Of a DNA stretch of 59,677 bases, positions 1 through 7,906 are shown in pieces. The DNA lies in the IMG/VR virus record IMGVR_UViG_3300035670_000231, positions 1-59,677 of that record; one strand, written 5' to 3'. The stretch is from a virus (Duplodnaviria > Caudoviricetes). Within the stretch, counting starts at the first letter, position 1. Each line of letters opens with the position of its first letter. The translations under genes were made by a program, and so were the position numbers. Under the pieces are notes generated by a model. The model saw only the letters and a program-made list of their open reading frames with translations, searched no databases and had not been told where the DNA came from.

Positions 1-127
1 GTGATCTCGACCTTGAGCCCGGTCTCCTCGTAGGCCTCCTTGATGGCGTTGGCCTGCATCGGCAGGCCGGGCTCCATCCCGCCCTTGGGGAAGGTGTGCT
101 CGTAGCCGCCGAACTCGTTGGTGGGCT
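1..127. repeat. End overlap, identical to 59551..59677 (circular contig)
   Basis: First 127 nt match last 127 nt exactly; lies inside one continuous ORF. Confidence 0.97.
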
Positions 128-1562
128 TGGTGAGCCAGACCCGGCCGTCGCCCTCGACGATGACCACGCCGGTGCCGATGCCCTTGCCGGGCGCGGGCTC
201 GAACGGATCCTCCTCGATCCTGGCGTTCTGACCGGCCACGGTGGCCCAGCCGGCGTCCTCGGCCGGCGGCTTCCAGGGGCGGAAGGCCACGCCGTTCAGG
301 GCCGGCGGCGTCTCGCCCCCCGGCACGAAGGTCGCCACCTTGTCGGGGTCGTTCCAGGTCTCGGGCGCGCTGGGCTTGCTCGGGTAGTTGATGGTGACCG
401 GCTTGCCCTTGTCGTCGGTGCCTGCCGGGTGCGCCTTGGCGCCGGGTGGCGGGGCCTTGGCGGCCGCAGGAGCGCTCCAGAAGGAGCCCTGCCCACCAGC
501 CCCGGAAGAGCCCGACAGCGGGCCCGACAGGCCGAGCTGGGGCGCCTTGAAGCCACCGCCTGCGCTACCCTTGGCGGGCGCGAACTGCCCGCCCTTCGAT
601 TGCGGAGCGCCAGCAGGCCAGCGGTTCGCCTTTGCAAGATCCAGCCGCTCGCGGATGTTGCTCAAGAGATCCGAGATGCCCTTGGAGACGGTCTTGCCCG
701 AGTGCATAGGGTGTGCGCTCGGCAGAAGGTCGTTGTCCTGAACGTAAGCCGACCGGGCCGGCGAGCCCCGGCGCAGCAGCGTCAGGTGCGCATTGACCCG
801 AGCCATTGCCCAGGCCGAGCGCGAGACGCCGGGCCGATGGCTGGTCGAGTAGGCGCCAGCGCCGCGGCGCCAGACGGCCTTGAGCGCGGCCAGGGACGCC
901 TTCTTCGCCGGGTCCTGGCCGTGCTTCTCGTTGTGCTCCTCGACCTTGCGCTTGAGCGCCGCCAGGGCAGCGTCATCGAGGCTGATGCCGCCGGACCGGT
1001 CGGCCGCCGAGCCTTCGGGGTTCTTCTCCGATCCGCGGATGCGATCCTCCGCCGGGGCCGGGGTCTTGCGCGGATCCTCGGCCTTGTCGATCTCGGTGCG
1101 CCCGAGCGGTGCTGGCACGTGCACGTCCGACGGCGACGGGTTCATCTTCTCCAGGCGGTTGGTGATCGACTCCGCCCAGGCCTTGCCGGCGTTGCCGCCC
1201 CACAGCCACCAAGCGATCGTGCCGGCGGTCGGCCCGCCGTCGGGCTCCTTTGCGTCCGGCCGGTAGTTCTTCGCGTGGCGCGAGAAGAAGGCGTGCATGC
1301 GCCGCACGGTCTCGGTGGAGACGGCGTCGCCGTTGGCGAGGTTCGCCGCCCGCTGCACGCCCGAGCCGATGCCCTGGTCGCTGGCCTCGGTGTTCGACAG
1401 GCCGCCGCGGCCCCACTTCTTGCGCGCTTCCAGGCCGCGTCGGGCGGCTGATCGCACGCCTTCTGGCGGGACATGGCCGTCGCCCTTGGCGAGCTGCACG
1501 GTGAGGATGGCGGCGCGCAGCTTGGCGATTCGCAGGCGGAGAAGGGCGGTGTCTTGTGGCAT
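1..1562 (-). CDS. 5' part of ~1829-aa multidomain polyprotein (two small phage head-associated domains, then Nudix hydrolase); continues across the junction into 59550..55623
   Basis: Hand translation from ATG 1562 (MPQDTALLRL) is open to base 1 and in frame with ORF 55623..59627; has IAWWLWGG and RRGAGAYSTSHRPG..DNDLLP blocks and Nudix box GGMEPGLPMQANAIKEAYEETGL at 15..83. Confidence 0.9.
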   Translation of the reverse strand, partial: MPQDTALLRLRIAKLRAAILTVQLAKGDGHVPPEGVRSAARRGLEARKKWGRGGLSNTEASDQGIGSGVQRAANLANGDAVSTETVRRMHAFFSRHAKNYRPDAKEPDGGPTAGTIAWWLWGGNAGKAWAESITNRLEKMNPSPSDVHVPAPLGRTEIDKAEDPRKTPAPAEDRIRGSEKNPEGSAADRSGGISLDDAALAALKRKVEEHNEKHGQDPAKKASLAALKAVWRRGAGAYSTSHRPGVSRSAWAMARVNAHLTLLRRGSPARSAYVQDNDLLPSAHPMHSGKTVSKGISDLLSNIRERLDLAKANRWPAGAPQSKGGQFAPAKGSAGGGFKAPQLGLSGPLSGSSGAGGQGSFWSAPAAAKAPPPGAKAHPAGTDDKGKPVTINYPSKPSAPETWNDPDKVATFVPGGETPPALNGVAFRPWKPPAEDAGWATVAGQNARIEEDPFEPAPGKGIGTGVVIVEGDGRVWLTKPTNEFGGYEHTFPKGGMEPGLPMQANAIKEAYEETGLKVEI

Positions 1563-1597
1563 GGCGGGCTGACGGGTGAACCGTACACTCGGCCCGG

Positions 1598-1768
1598 ATG
1601 GACCGGCTCGACGACGTGGCAGTGTACCGGCGGCTTCTGGCCGTGTGCGATGAGCTGTCCGAGCTGTCGGACGCGTGCTGGTCGCCCAGGACGGCCCGGG
1701 CGGTGGAGTTCCTGGCGAGCGTGGTCGGCCGGATGGCCTCGCTGCTGCGCGAGTCGATGCGGCGCTAG
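1598..1768 (+). CDS. Small hypothetical protein (56 aa), opposite strand to the head operon
   Basis: MDRLDDVAVYRRLL..ESMRR; fills the gap between MuF and the polyprotein; TACACT 8 nt upstream. Confidence 0.5.
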   Translation: MDRLDDVAVYRRLLAVCDELSELSDACWSPRTARAVEFLASVVGRMASLLRESMRR

Positions 1769-2895
1769 GCGAGCTGCTCCGGCTCGAACGGCCGGATCCA
1801 GACGGTGCAGCGGCAATTCGGGTGCAGGGGCGGCAGCATCTGCGCCCCCTTGGGCGTGTTGAAAGGCTGGCCGAAGGTGACGCCGAGCTTGGGGTTCAGC
1901 TTCGGCACCGGCGCGCAGAGCGAGCACAGCCGCTCGTCTTTCGAGACGACCCACTGGCGGCGCACGTTCGCCTCGGGCACGACGCCCTGCTGGATCGCCT
2001 GCCGCCACGCATCCTGCACGCCGAAGTTGGTGGCGCGCAGCGCCTCGGTCCTGGCGATCGTCTCCGAGCGGTGCTTGAGGTACTTCCGGGCGTAGGCGTC
2101 GACCATCTTGTCGATCTGCGCCGCGGTCAGGGGCTTGCCCTGCTGCATGGCGCGCTTGAGCTGGCCGTCGTAGCGGAAGTCGCGCAGCCGGCGCTCCAGG
2201 ATCCCGTCCTTGAGCTGGCCGTCCTCGTCGAGCGCGTAGACCTGCGCCCCGCCCGGGGCCCGGGAGATCTTCCCGCCCAGGTTCCAGCCGTCGGCCGAGC
2301 GCCGCAGGTGGAAGGTCTGCAGCTCCTTCTTGAAGTTCTTCACCGCCTGCGCCTGCCGGTCGGTGAGGCCCACCACCTGCCGGACCTCGCGGGCGACGTC
2401 GCGGGGGTTGCGGCCCTCGGTCATGCCGGCGGCGAGGTACTGGCGGATGCCCTCGCGGGTGCCCTGGTCGATCTGGCGGATCAGGCCCAGGCTGTAGGTG
2501 GAGAGCCAGTCGATCAGGCGCGGGTTGAGCTGGTTGAAGGCGAAGGTGGCGCCGGTGATGCGGGTGGCGATCTGCGTGGCCCCCATGGCCCCGGCCGCCC
2601 AGGTGGCGTCCTGCAGCCCAGCGGCCACGGCCCCGGCACCATCGGCGGGCAGGCCGAGCAGGGCCAGTACCTTGCCGATGTCGCCGCTCTGGATCGCCGC
2701 CACCACGGCATCGAGCGAGACGGCCCCCTTCTGCGCGTCGAGCGCGGCGAGCAGGGCGCGCGCCAGGGCCGGCTCCAGCTTGGCGGCGAAGGCATCGATC
2801 TCGTCGGGCACGCTGCGCCGCGCCTTGCTGATGGTCTGCGGGAGCTGCAGCGCCGGCCGGAGTCGGCGGTAGGGCCCGGCGCCACTTTGTATCAT
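1765..2895 (-). CDS. MuF / SPP1 gp7-like minor head (head morphogenesis) protein
   Basis: RSETIARTE, W..SKDERLCSLC and PPLHPNCRC motifs; start uncertain. Confidence 0.9.
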   Translation of the reverse strand: MIQSGAGPYRRLRPALQLPQTISKARRSVPDEIDAFAAKLEPALARALLAALDAQKGAVSLDAVVAAIQSGDIGKVLALLGLPADGAGAVAAGLQDATWAAGAMGATQIATRITGATFAFNQLNPRLIDWLSTYSLGLIRQIDQGTREGIRQYLAAGMTEGRNPRDVAREVRQVVGLTDRQAQAVKNFKKELQTFHLRRSADGWNLGGKISRAPGGAQVYALDEDGQLKDGILERRLRDFRYDGQLKRAMQQGKPLTAAQIDKMVDAYARKYLKHRSETIARTEALRATNFGVQDAWRQAIQQGVVPEANVRRQWVVSKDERLCSLCAPVPKLNPKLGVTFGQPFNTPKGAQMLPPLHPNCRCTVWIRPFEPEQLA

Positions 2896-2905
2896 TTCGG
2901 TGATA
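2890..2905. promoter_or_regulatory. Putative operator A (TATCA-N6-TGATA)
   Basis: Perfect inverted repeat, recurring at 23300, 28696, 28727. Confidence 0.65.
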
Positions 2906-2913
2906 ACCCCTAG

Positions 2914-2942
2914 TTGCAAACGGCGCGTGATGCGCCTATAGT
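2914..2942 (+). promoter_or_regulatory. Sigma70-like promoter with operator B in its spacer
   Basis: TTGCAA-17-TATAGT; spacer contains GGCGCGTGATGCGCC. Confidence 0.8.
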
Positions 2943-2986
2943 CCACCCCATCGCAGCACGCATCATCCCACGAAGGAGCCCGCAAC

Positions 2987-3217
2987 ATGAAGCACCCCAC
3001 CCGCCCGATGCTCCGCAAAGGCAAGGACCTGTTCGAGGTCATCGATCACATCGAGTTCGCGGCCGTGTCCTACATGGCCGGCAAGCGCATGCTCGGCGAG
3101 CAGGCCATGCGCGACCTGATCGACAGCGATCCCGAGGTGCGCGCCTCCTGGCAGCGCAAGATCGCCCGCGGGCTGAAGGCCACCGGCCTGGACACCACCA
3201 AGCTGATCGGCCGCTGA
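2987..3217 (+). CDS. Hypothetical early protein
   Basis: AAGGAG RBS; first gene after promoter. Confidence 0.75.
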   Translation: MKHPTRPMLRKGKDLFEVIDHIEFAAVSYMAGKRMLGEQAMRDLIDSDPEVRASWQRKIARGLKATGLDTTKLIGR

Positions 3218-3219
3218 TC

Positions 3220-3480
3220 ATGCCCGTGACGATCACCACCCACGTGCAGGGTATTCCCTGCCAAGCCACGCTGACGCACTTCAGCGCCTACCGCCCGGCG
3301 CGGGTCTACGGCCCGCCCGAGCAGTGCAGCCCGGAGGAGCCCGAGGAGATCGAGTTCGACATCCTCGACCGCCGCGGCCGCCCGGCGCCCTGGCTGGAGC
3401 GCAAGCTCACCGAGGCCGATCAGGCGCGCATCGAGAACGAGCTGTACGAGGCCCGGCGCGACTGGGACGCCGACTACTGA
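3220..3480 (+). CDS. Hypothetical phage protein
   Basis: ATG 3220, tightly packed; PPEQCSPEEPEEIEFDILDRRG..WLERKLT. Confidence 0.75.
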   Translation: MPVTITTHVQGIPCQATLTHFSAYRPARVYGPPEQCSPEEPEEIEFDILDRRGRPAPWLERKLTEADQARIENELYEARRDWDADY

Positions 3481-3512
3481 CCCACCTACCAACCACCAAG
3501 GAAACCCGCACC

Positions 3513-3692
3513 ATGAAGCGATCACACCTCACCACGCCGCGCAACCTCGGCGACTGCGACTTCACCGTCGGCTACCCCTCGGTCGAGCGAGGCCGCCTGC
3601 GCGGCATCGCCGGCACGCTCGGCAGCGCCGCCATCATCGCCGCCCTGGCCGTGATGATCGGCTACGCCCTCGCCATGATGGTGCCGGCATGA
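3513..3692 (+). CDS. Small protein with C-terminal hydrophobic helix
   Basis: AAGGA RBS; AAIIAALAVMIGYALAMM. Confidence 0.7.
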   Translation: MKRSHLTTPRNLGDCDFTVGYPSVERGRLRGIAGTLGSAAIIAALAVMIGYALAMMVPA

Positions 3693-4009
3693 AGCCGGTC
3701 GCCTCCAACCGCGTGGCGGTGCCGCTCAACGGCGCCATCCTGGTCCACGACGAGCGCCGGGCGCGCAACCCGCACTCCCTGATCGCCGAGCTGCCCTGGT
3801 TCGCCGAAAGCGCGCTCGGGCCCACCCTGATCGAGGCCGAGGCCACCGCCCGCGCCATCGTCGTCATGCCCGAGGTCCACACCCTGCTGCGCGACTGCTT
3901 CGGCTATCTCGACTGGATCCCCGAGAGCGCTGCCGGCGGCGACGACGAAGCCGTGGCCCTCGCCCGCCGGACCAAGGCCGTCCTAGACAAGCTGGAGGGC
4001 CGGGCATGA
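3689..4009 (+). CDS. Hypothetical protein
   Basis: ATGA coupling at both ends. Confidence 0.7.
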   Translation: MKPVASNRVAVPLNGAILVHDERRARNPHSLIAELPWFAESALGPTLIEAEATARAIVVMPEVHTLLRDCFGYLDWIPESAAGGDDEAVALARRTKAVLDKLEGRA

Positions 4010-4221
4010 GCACGACACCCGAGGTCGGCAAGACCTACCACATCAGCCACCGCCGCAAGGGCGCGTTCACCGGCACCGTGACGCGCCTGGGCGATACCTG
4101 GGCCGACATCTTGGTCGTGTCCGGCCGTGCCCGCGCCATGCTGCCCTACAACGAGCGCGAAGCCGGCGAGACCGTGACGGTCCGCCTGTCGTTCTCCACC
4201 TTCACGGAGGTGCCGGCATGA
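4006..4221 (+). CDS. Small beta-rich hypothetical protein
   Basis: GGAGG RBS, ATGA overlaps. Confidence 0.7.
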   Translation: MSTTPEVGKTYHISHRRKGAFTGTVTRLGDTWADILVVSGRARAMLPYNEREAGETVTVRLSFSTFTEVPA

Positions 4222-4481
4222 CCCAGCTCACCATGACGGGCGAGGACTGGCTCAGCGACCGCGACCGTAAGGCCCAGGCCCGGGCCGAGGCGGCGAGACG
4301 GAAGGCCGCCATCAAGGCCGCCGAGAAGCTCCAAGCCGCGGCCGACGCCGTGGCCGAGTTCTCGATGGCCTGTTTCGAGTGCAACGACGCCAGCCGGCCC
4401 ATGGGCGCCGACGACGGGCGCAACATGCTCTCCGCCAACATGCGCGAGTTCGCAGGCTGGCTGGAGAGCGTCTACAAGTAG
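4218..4481 (+). CDS. Hypothetical protein
   Basis: GGAGG RBS, coupled. Confidence 0.7.
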   Translation: MTQLTMTGEDWLSDRDRKAQARAEAARRKAAIKAAEKLQAAADAVAEFSMACFECNDASRPMGADDGRNMLSANMREFAGWLESVYK

Positions 4482-4493
4482 GAGGGGCCCGCC

Positions 4494-4871
4494 ATGGGAT
4501 CCCTGAGTCGGTACGTGGCCAACACCACGGCCTACGCCGAGGTCATGTTCGTCCTGCTGCGAAAGGGCGGGACGGTGCACGAGATCGCCGAACAGTCCGG
4601 GCTCGGCCACCACACGGTCAACAAGCTCGTCCGGGCGATGCACCGGCGCGGCTTGGTCTTCGTGGTTCTCTGGCGCCGGGACGCGATCGGGCGCTATCGC
4701 TTGCCGGTGTGGCTGATCGGCTCCGGCCCGGACGCCACCAAGCCGCCGCGGCAGACGATGGAGGAGCGGCGCCAGCGATACGATGACCGGCGCCGCGAGA
4801 TCGCCGCCAGGACCGGCCGCGCCATGCGTAACGTGCGGCTGCGCGATTACCCCGAGGAGGCCACGCCATGA
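4494..4871 (+). CDS. Winged-HTH DNA-binding protein
   Basis: GTVHEIAEQSGLGHHTVNKLVRAMHRRGLV. Confidence 0.7.
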   Translation: MGSLSRYVANTTAYAEVMFVLLRKGGTVHEIAEQSGLGHHTVNKLVRAMHRRGLVFVVLWRRDAIGRYRLPVWLIGSGPDATKPPRQTMEERRQRYDDRRREIAARTGRAMRNVRLRDYPEEATP

Positions 4872-5383
4872 GCCGCGCCAAGCCCCGCAAGAAGGCCTAC
4901 CGGCCGTCCAGTCCGGCGGTGCCGCCGATGCTCGCGCACCTGATGCTGCGCGCCAGTGCCTCGGCCACCGAGCCCGTGGCCAGCGAGAAGATCGATCGGA
5001 TGATGACCACCTTCTGGTCGGCTATCGACTGCGTGGCGCGCGGCCGCGACCCGGAGGTCGAGGACTGGCGGCAGATCGCCGACGCGATCAACTACGTCGA
5101 GACCATGATGCTGCGCGGCCACCTCGATCAGCAGGAGGTGCGCCCGACCCTGGAGGCCGCCGTCGCCGGCATGGCCGCCGCGGCCGAGCGCTACAAGGCC
5201 GGCAAGGGCCTGCGCATGGACGCGCCGGGGTTGAACGCAGTGCGCGAGACGCTCTCGATCTTCGAGCTGGCCGCCCGCGAGCTGCCCGAGATCGTCATGA
5301 TGGAGGTGCAGCACGAGACCCAGCAGCGGATCGCGCAGATCCTGGCCGACCGCGATGCGGCCGAGCGGGTCACGGCAGTGTGA
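4868..5383 (+). CDS. Hypothetical phage protein
   Basis: GAGGAGG RBS, coupled; KPRKKAYRP N-terminus. Confidence 0.75.
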   Translation: MSRAKPRKKAYRPSSPAVPPMLAHLMLRASASATEPVASEKIDRMMTTFWSAIDCVARGRDPEVEDWRQIADAINYVETMMLRGHLDQQEVRPTLEAAVAGMAAAAERYKAGKGLRMDAPGLNAVRETLSIFELAARELPEIVMMEVQHETQQRIAQILADRDAAERVTAV

Positions 5384-5409
5384 GCACAACGGCAAACCGA
5401 CGGATAGCG

Positions 5410-5424
5410 GGCGCATGACGCGCC
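5410..5424. promoter_or_regulatory. Putative operator B copy
   Basis: Intergenic GGCGCATGACGCGCC, followed by TAACCT at 5436. Confidence 0.55.
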
Positions 5425-5476
5425 GTTCCTCGCGCTAACCTATCACCGTCCCAACAACCTGACCCCAGACATCCCC

Positions 5477-6580
5477 ATGAACGACACCATCCCCACCGCC
5501 GACGCAGCGGTCGCCGAGATCGCGAGCGGCATCGAGGCCGTGCGCACGCATGTAGGCGCCTTCGACCAGATCAGCGCCGGCATCGCCGAGATCGCGGCAC
5601 GCCACCCGCTCGACGTCATCGTCGGCGACATCGCCAGCACCAAGGGCATGGCCCGAGCGGTCGAGTCCCGGGCCGCATGGCGCGATCCCCGGATCCGCGT
5701 CGAGAAGGCGCGCAAGGCCGCCAAGGCGCCGCTGCTCGACCTCGGCCGCACCATCGACGCCTTCGCCGCCGGCATCGAGGCCCGGCTGCGGCTGGGCGAG
5801 GAGCACTACGACCGGCAGATCAAGGCCGAGGAGGCGCGCAAGGCCGCCGAGCGGGCCGAGCGCGAGCGCATCGAGCGCCTGCGCATCGAGCGGCACGAGC
5901 GGGCGATCGACGAGATCCGCGCCCGGGCGATGCTGGCCGCCAGCCGCCCGGCCGACGAGGTCGCCCAGATGGTCGCCAAGCTGGAGCAGCAGGAGATCGA
6001 CGCCGAGGCCTGGGAGGAGTTCGCCGACCGCGCCCGCGTGGCCCGTCGGCTGGCGCTGGACATCATGCGCGCCGCCCATGCCAGCGCGGTCCTGCGCGAG
6101 GCCGAGGAGGCCCGACGCGCCGCCGAGCGGGCGGAGCAGGAGCGGCAGGCGCAGGCCCTCGCGGCGCAGCAGCGGGCCCTGGCCGAGCAGCAGGCCGAGC
6201 TGGCGCGGCAGCGGGCCGAGATCGAGCAGCAGCGCGCCGCCATCGAGGCCGAGCGGCTGGCGCGTGAGGCAGCCGCCCAGCAGGCCGCACAGCAGGCCGC
6301 ACAGGCCTTCGAGCGGGTCGCCCAGGCCCAGGCCAATGCCGAGCGCGTCATGGGCGTGGTGGCCGCGCTGGAGGCCGAGACGCCGGCGCCTGAGCCGGAG
6401 ACGATGCGACTCGGGCAGATATGCGGCACGCTGGGCTTCACGGTGACCGAAGAGTTTCTCGCGGGCATCGGCTTCGATCGGTACGGGACGCAGCAGCGCG
6501 CCGTCCTCTACCGCGCCAGCGACTGGCCGGCGATCTGCGACGCCATCGCCGCTCACGTGCGCAGCCTGCGCGACCTCTGA
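5477..6580 (+). CDS. Long coiled-coil protein
   Basis: RVEKARKAAKAPLLDLGRTID motif; E/R/A/Q-rich helices. Confidence 0.8.
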   Translation: MNDTIPTADAAVAEIASGIEAVRTHVGAFDQISAGIAEIAARHPLDVIVGDIASTKGMARAVESRAAWRDPRIRVEKARKAAKAPLLDLGRTIDAFAAGIEARLRLGEEHYDRQIKAEEARKAAERAERERIERLRIERHERAIDEIRARAMLAASRPADEVAQMVAKLEQQEIDAEAWEEFADRARVARRLALDIMRAAHASAVLREAEEARRAAERAEQERQAQALAAQQRALAEQQAELARQRAEIEQQRAAIEAERLAREAAAQQAAQQAAQAFERVAQAQANAERVMGVVAALEAETPAPEPETMRLGQICGTLGFTVTEEFLAGIGFDRYGTQQRAVLYRASDWPAICDAIAAHVRSLRDL

Positions 6581-6595
6581 CCCCAGGAGCCCACC

Positions 6596-6781
6596 ATGTC
6601 CCGAGACGAGTTCATCCGCCGCGCCGCGGCCATCTACAGGAGCGACGGCGCTCTGCGCCCGCACGACGCGCTGAGCGCCGCGGCTGCGCTCTGGGAGGTC
6701 CACGAGCCGGCCGACAACCCCGAAGAGCTGGCCCGCGAAGACCTCAAAATCTGGGCCGACAGCGAGGGCGGCGAGATCTGA
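6596..6781 (+). CDS. Hypothetical protein
   Basis: AGGAG RBS. Confidence 0.65.
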   Translation: MSRDEFIRRAAAIYRSDGALRPHDALSAAAALWEVHEPADNPEELAREDLKIWADSEGGEI

Positions 6782-6804
6782 GCCGCGACAACCGAGGAGA
6801 GTGC

Positions 6805-7230
6805 ATGTCCTTCACGATTGACCAGACCTTGATCCGCCGGTCGGCGGAAACCCTGGGGTTCTACTGCCACGGGCTCGCCCGCGAGAGCGGCTGGTGGACG
6901 GACCTTGCCACCGGCGACGACCTGACCTGCCGCTACGCCCTGCCGATGGACACCAAGCCGCCGCGCAACATCGGCGAGCTGCTCTGCCTCGTGCACAGCG
7001 AGGTCAGCGAGGCCATGGAGGGCGCCCGGAAGGGCCTGATGGACGACCACCTGCCGCATCGGCCGATGCTGGAGGTGGAGCTGGCCGACGCGGTAATCCG
7101 CATCCTGGACATGGCCGGCGGGCTCGGGCTCGACCTGCCAGGGGCGATCGCCGAGAAGCTGGCCTATAACGCCCGGCGGGCCGACCACAAGCCGGCAGCG
7201 CGCGCCGCCGCTGGCGGCAAGGCCTTCTGA
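6805..7230 (+). CDS. MazG-like nucleotide pyrophosphohydrolase
   Basis: HSEVSEAMEG..EVELADAVIRILD..EKLAYN acidic motifs; GAGGAG RBS. Confidence 0.85.
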   Translation: MSFTIDQTLIRRSAETLGFYCHGLARESGWWTDLATGDDLTCRYALPMDTKPPRNIGELLCLVHSEVSEAMEGARKGLMDDHLPHRPMLEVELADAVIRILDMAGGLGLDLPGAIAEKLAYNARRADHKPAARAAAGGKAF

Positions 7231-7409
7231 TGCTCAGCGAATGGGCACAGATGATCGACGACTGCGAGAAGCGCGAGGGTCAGCTCACCGACTGGGAGCG
7301 GTCCTTCGTCGCCTCCGTGGCCGAGCGCCTGATGACCGGCCGCGGGCTCTCGGGCAAGCAGGACGAGACGCTCACCCGGATCTGGGACCGGGTGACCTCG
7401 CGCCGGTGA
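7230..7409 (+). CDS. Small hypothetical protein (59 aa, absent from ORF track)
   Basis: TGATG coupling; MLSEWAQMIDDCEKREGQLTDWERSF..LSGKQ. Confidence 0.7.
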   Translation: MLSEWAQMIDDCEKREGQLTDWERSFVASVAERLMTGRGLSGKQDETLTRIWDRVTSRR

Positions 7410-7415
7410 CCGGCC

Positions 7416-7443
7416 TTGATCTGGCGCACCACGCGCCTAGAAT
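7416..7443 (+). promoter_or_regulatory. Sigma70-like promoter, probably leaderless, with operator B in spacer
   Basis: TTGATC-16-TAGAAT-7-ATG; GGCGCACCACGCGCC at 7423..7437. Confidence 0.7.
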
Positions 7444-7450
7444 GCGCGCC

Positions 7451-7672
7451 ATGAACACCAAGGAGTTCTGCACGCGGGCCGCGGCGACGCTGGGCGGGCA
7501 CGGCTGGATGGCCCACCTCGCCCGCATCACCGGCGTCCACTACGCCACCGTCAAGCGGTGGGCGAACGGCGACCTGCAGCCGCCGGCCTATGCGTGCGCC
7601 CTGGTCGAGCTGCTGGAGGTCGTCCCGGCGGCCCTGCGCCCCGAGCGCTTCCAGCGGCCGCGCAAGGACTAG
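7451..7672 (+). CDS. Small Cro/XRE-like HTH regulator
   Basis: WMAHLARITGVHYATVKRWANG HTH. Confidence 0.8.
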   Translation: MNTKEFCTRAAATLGGHGWMAHLARITGVHYATVKRWANGDLQPPAYACALVELLEVVPAALRPERFQRPRKD

Positions 7673-7902
7673 ACCCGGGGCGGCATCGCCGCCTTGATCG
7701 CGTCCACGCTGTCGGCCGCGTCGATGGCCTCCTGCATCACGGCGTAGCGCTCGCGCACCTCCTGCCGGGCAGCTTCCGCGGCCGCCTGCTCGGCCGGGAT
7801 GGTGGCCTTGACGTCCAGGGGCGCGAACTCCTGCGCCCGCGCCGCCCGCCGCACCTCGTGGGCGATGGTCTTGGCCTTGGCGATGTCGATGCCGATGCCC
7901 AT
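7669..7902 (-). CDS. Putative fibre assembly chaperone
   Basis: IDIAKAKTIAHEVRRAAR..PLDV..RQEVR pattern; follows fibre genes. Confidence 0.65.
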   Translation of the reverse strand: MGIGIDIAKAKTIAHEVRRAARAQEFAPLDVKATIPAEQAAAEAARQEVRERYAVMQEAIDAADSVDAIKAAMPPRV

Positions 7903-7906
7903 GGTG

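Noticed and set aside
96-1451. 451-aa plus-strand ORF and similar long ORFs (e.g. 44833..47472, 39234..41474, 29278..31386)
   Set aside because: Antisense shadows of real genes, expected in high-GC DNA
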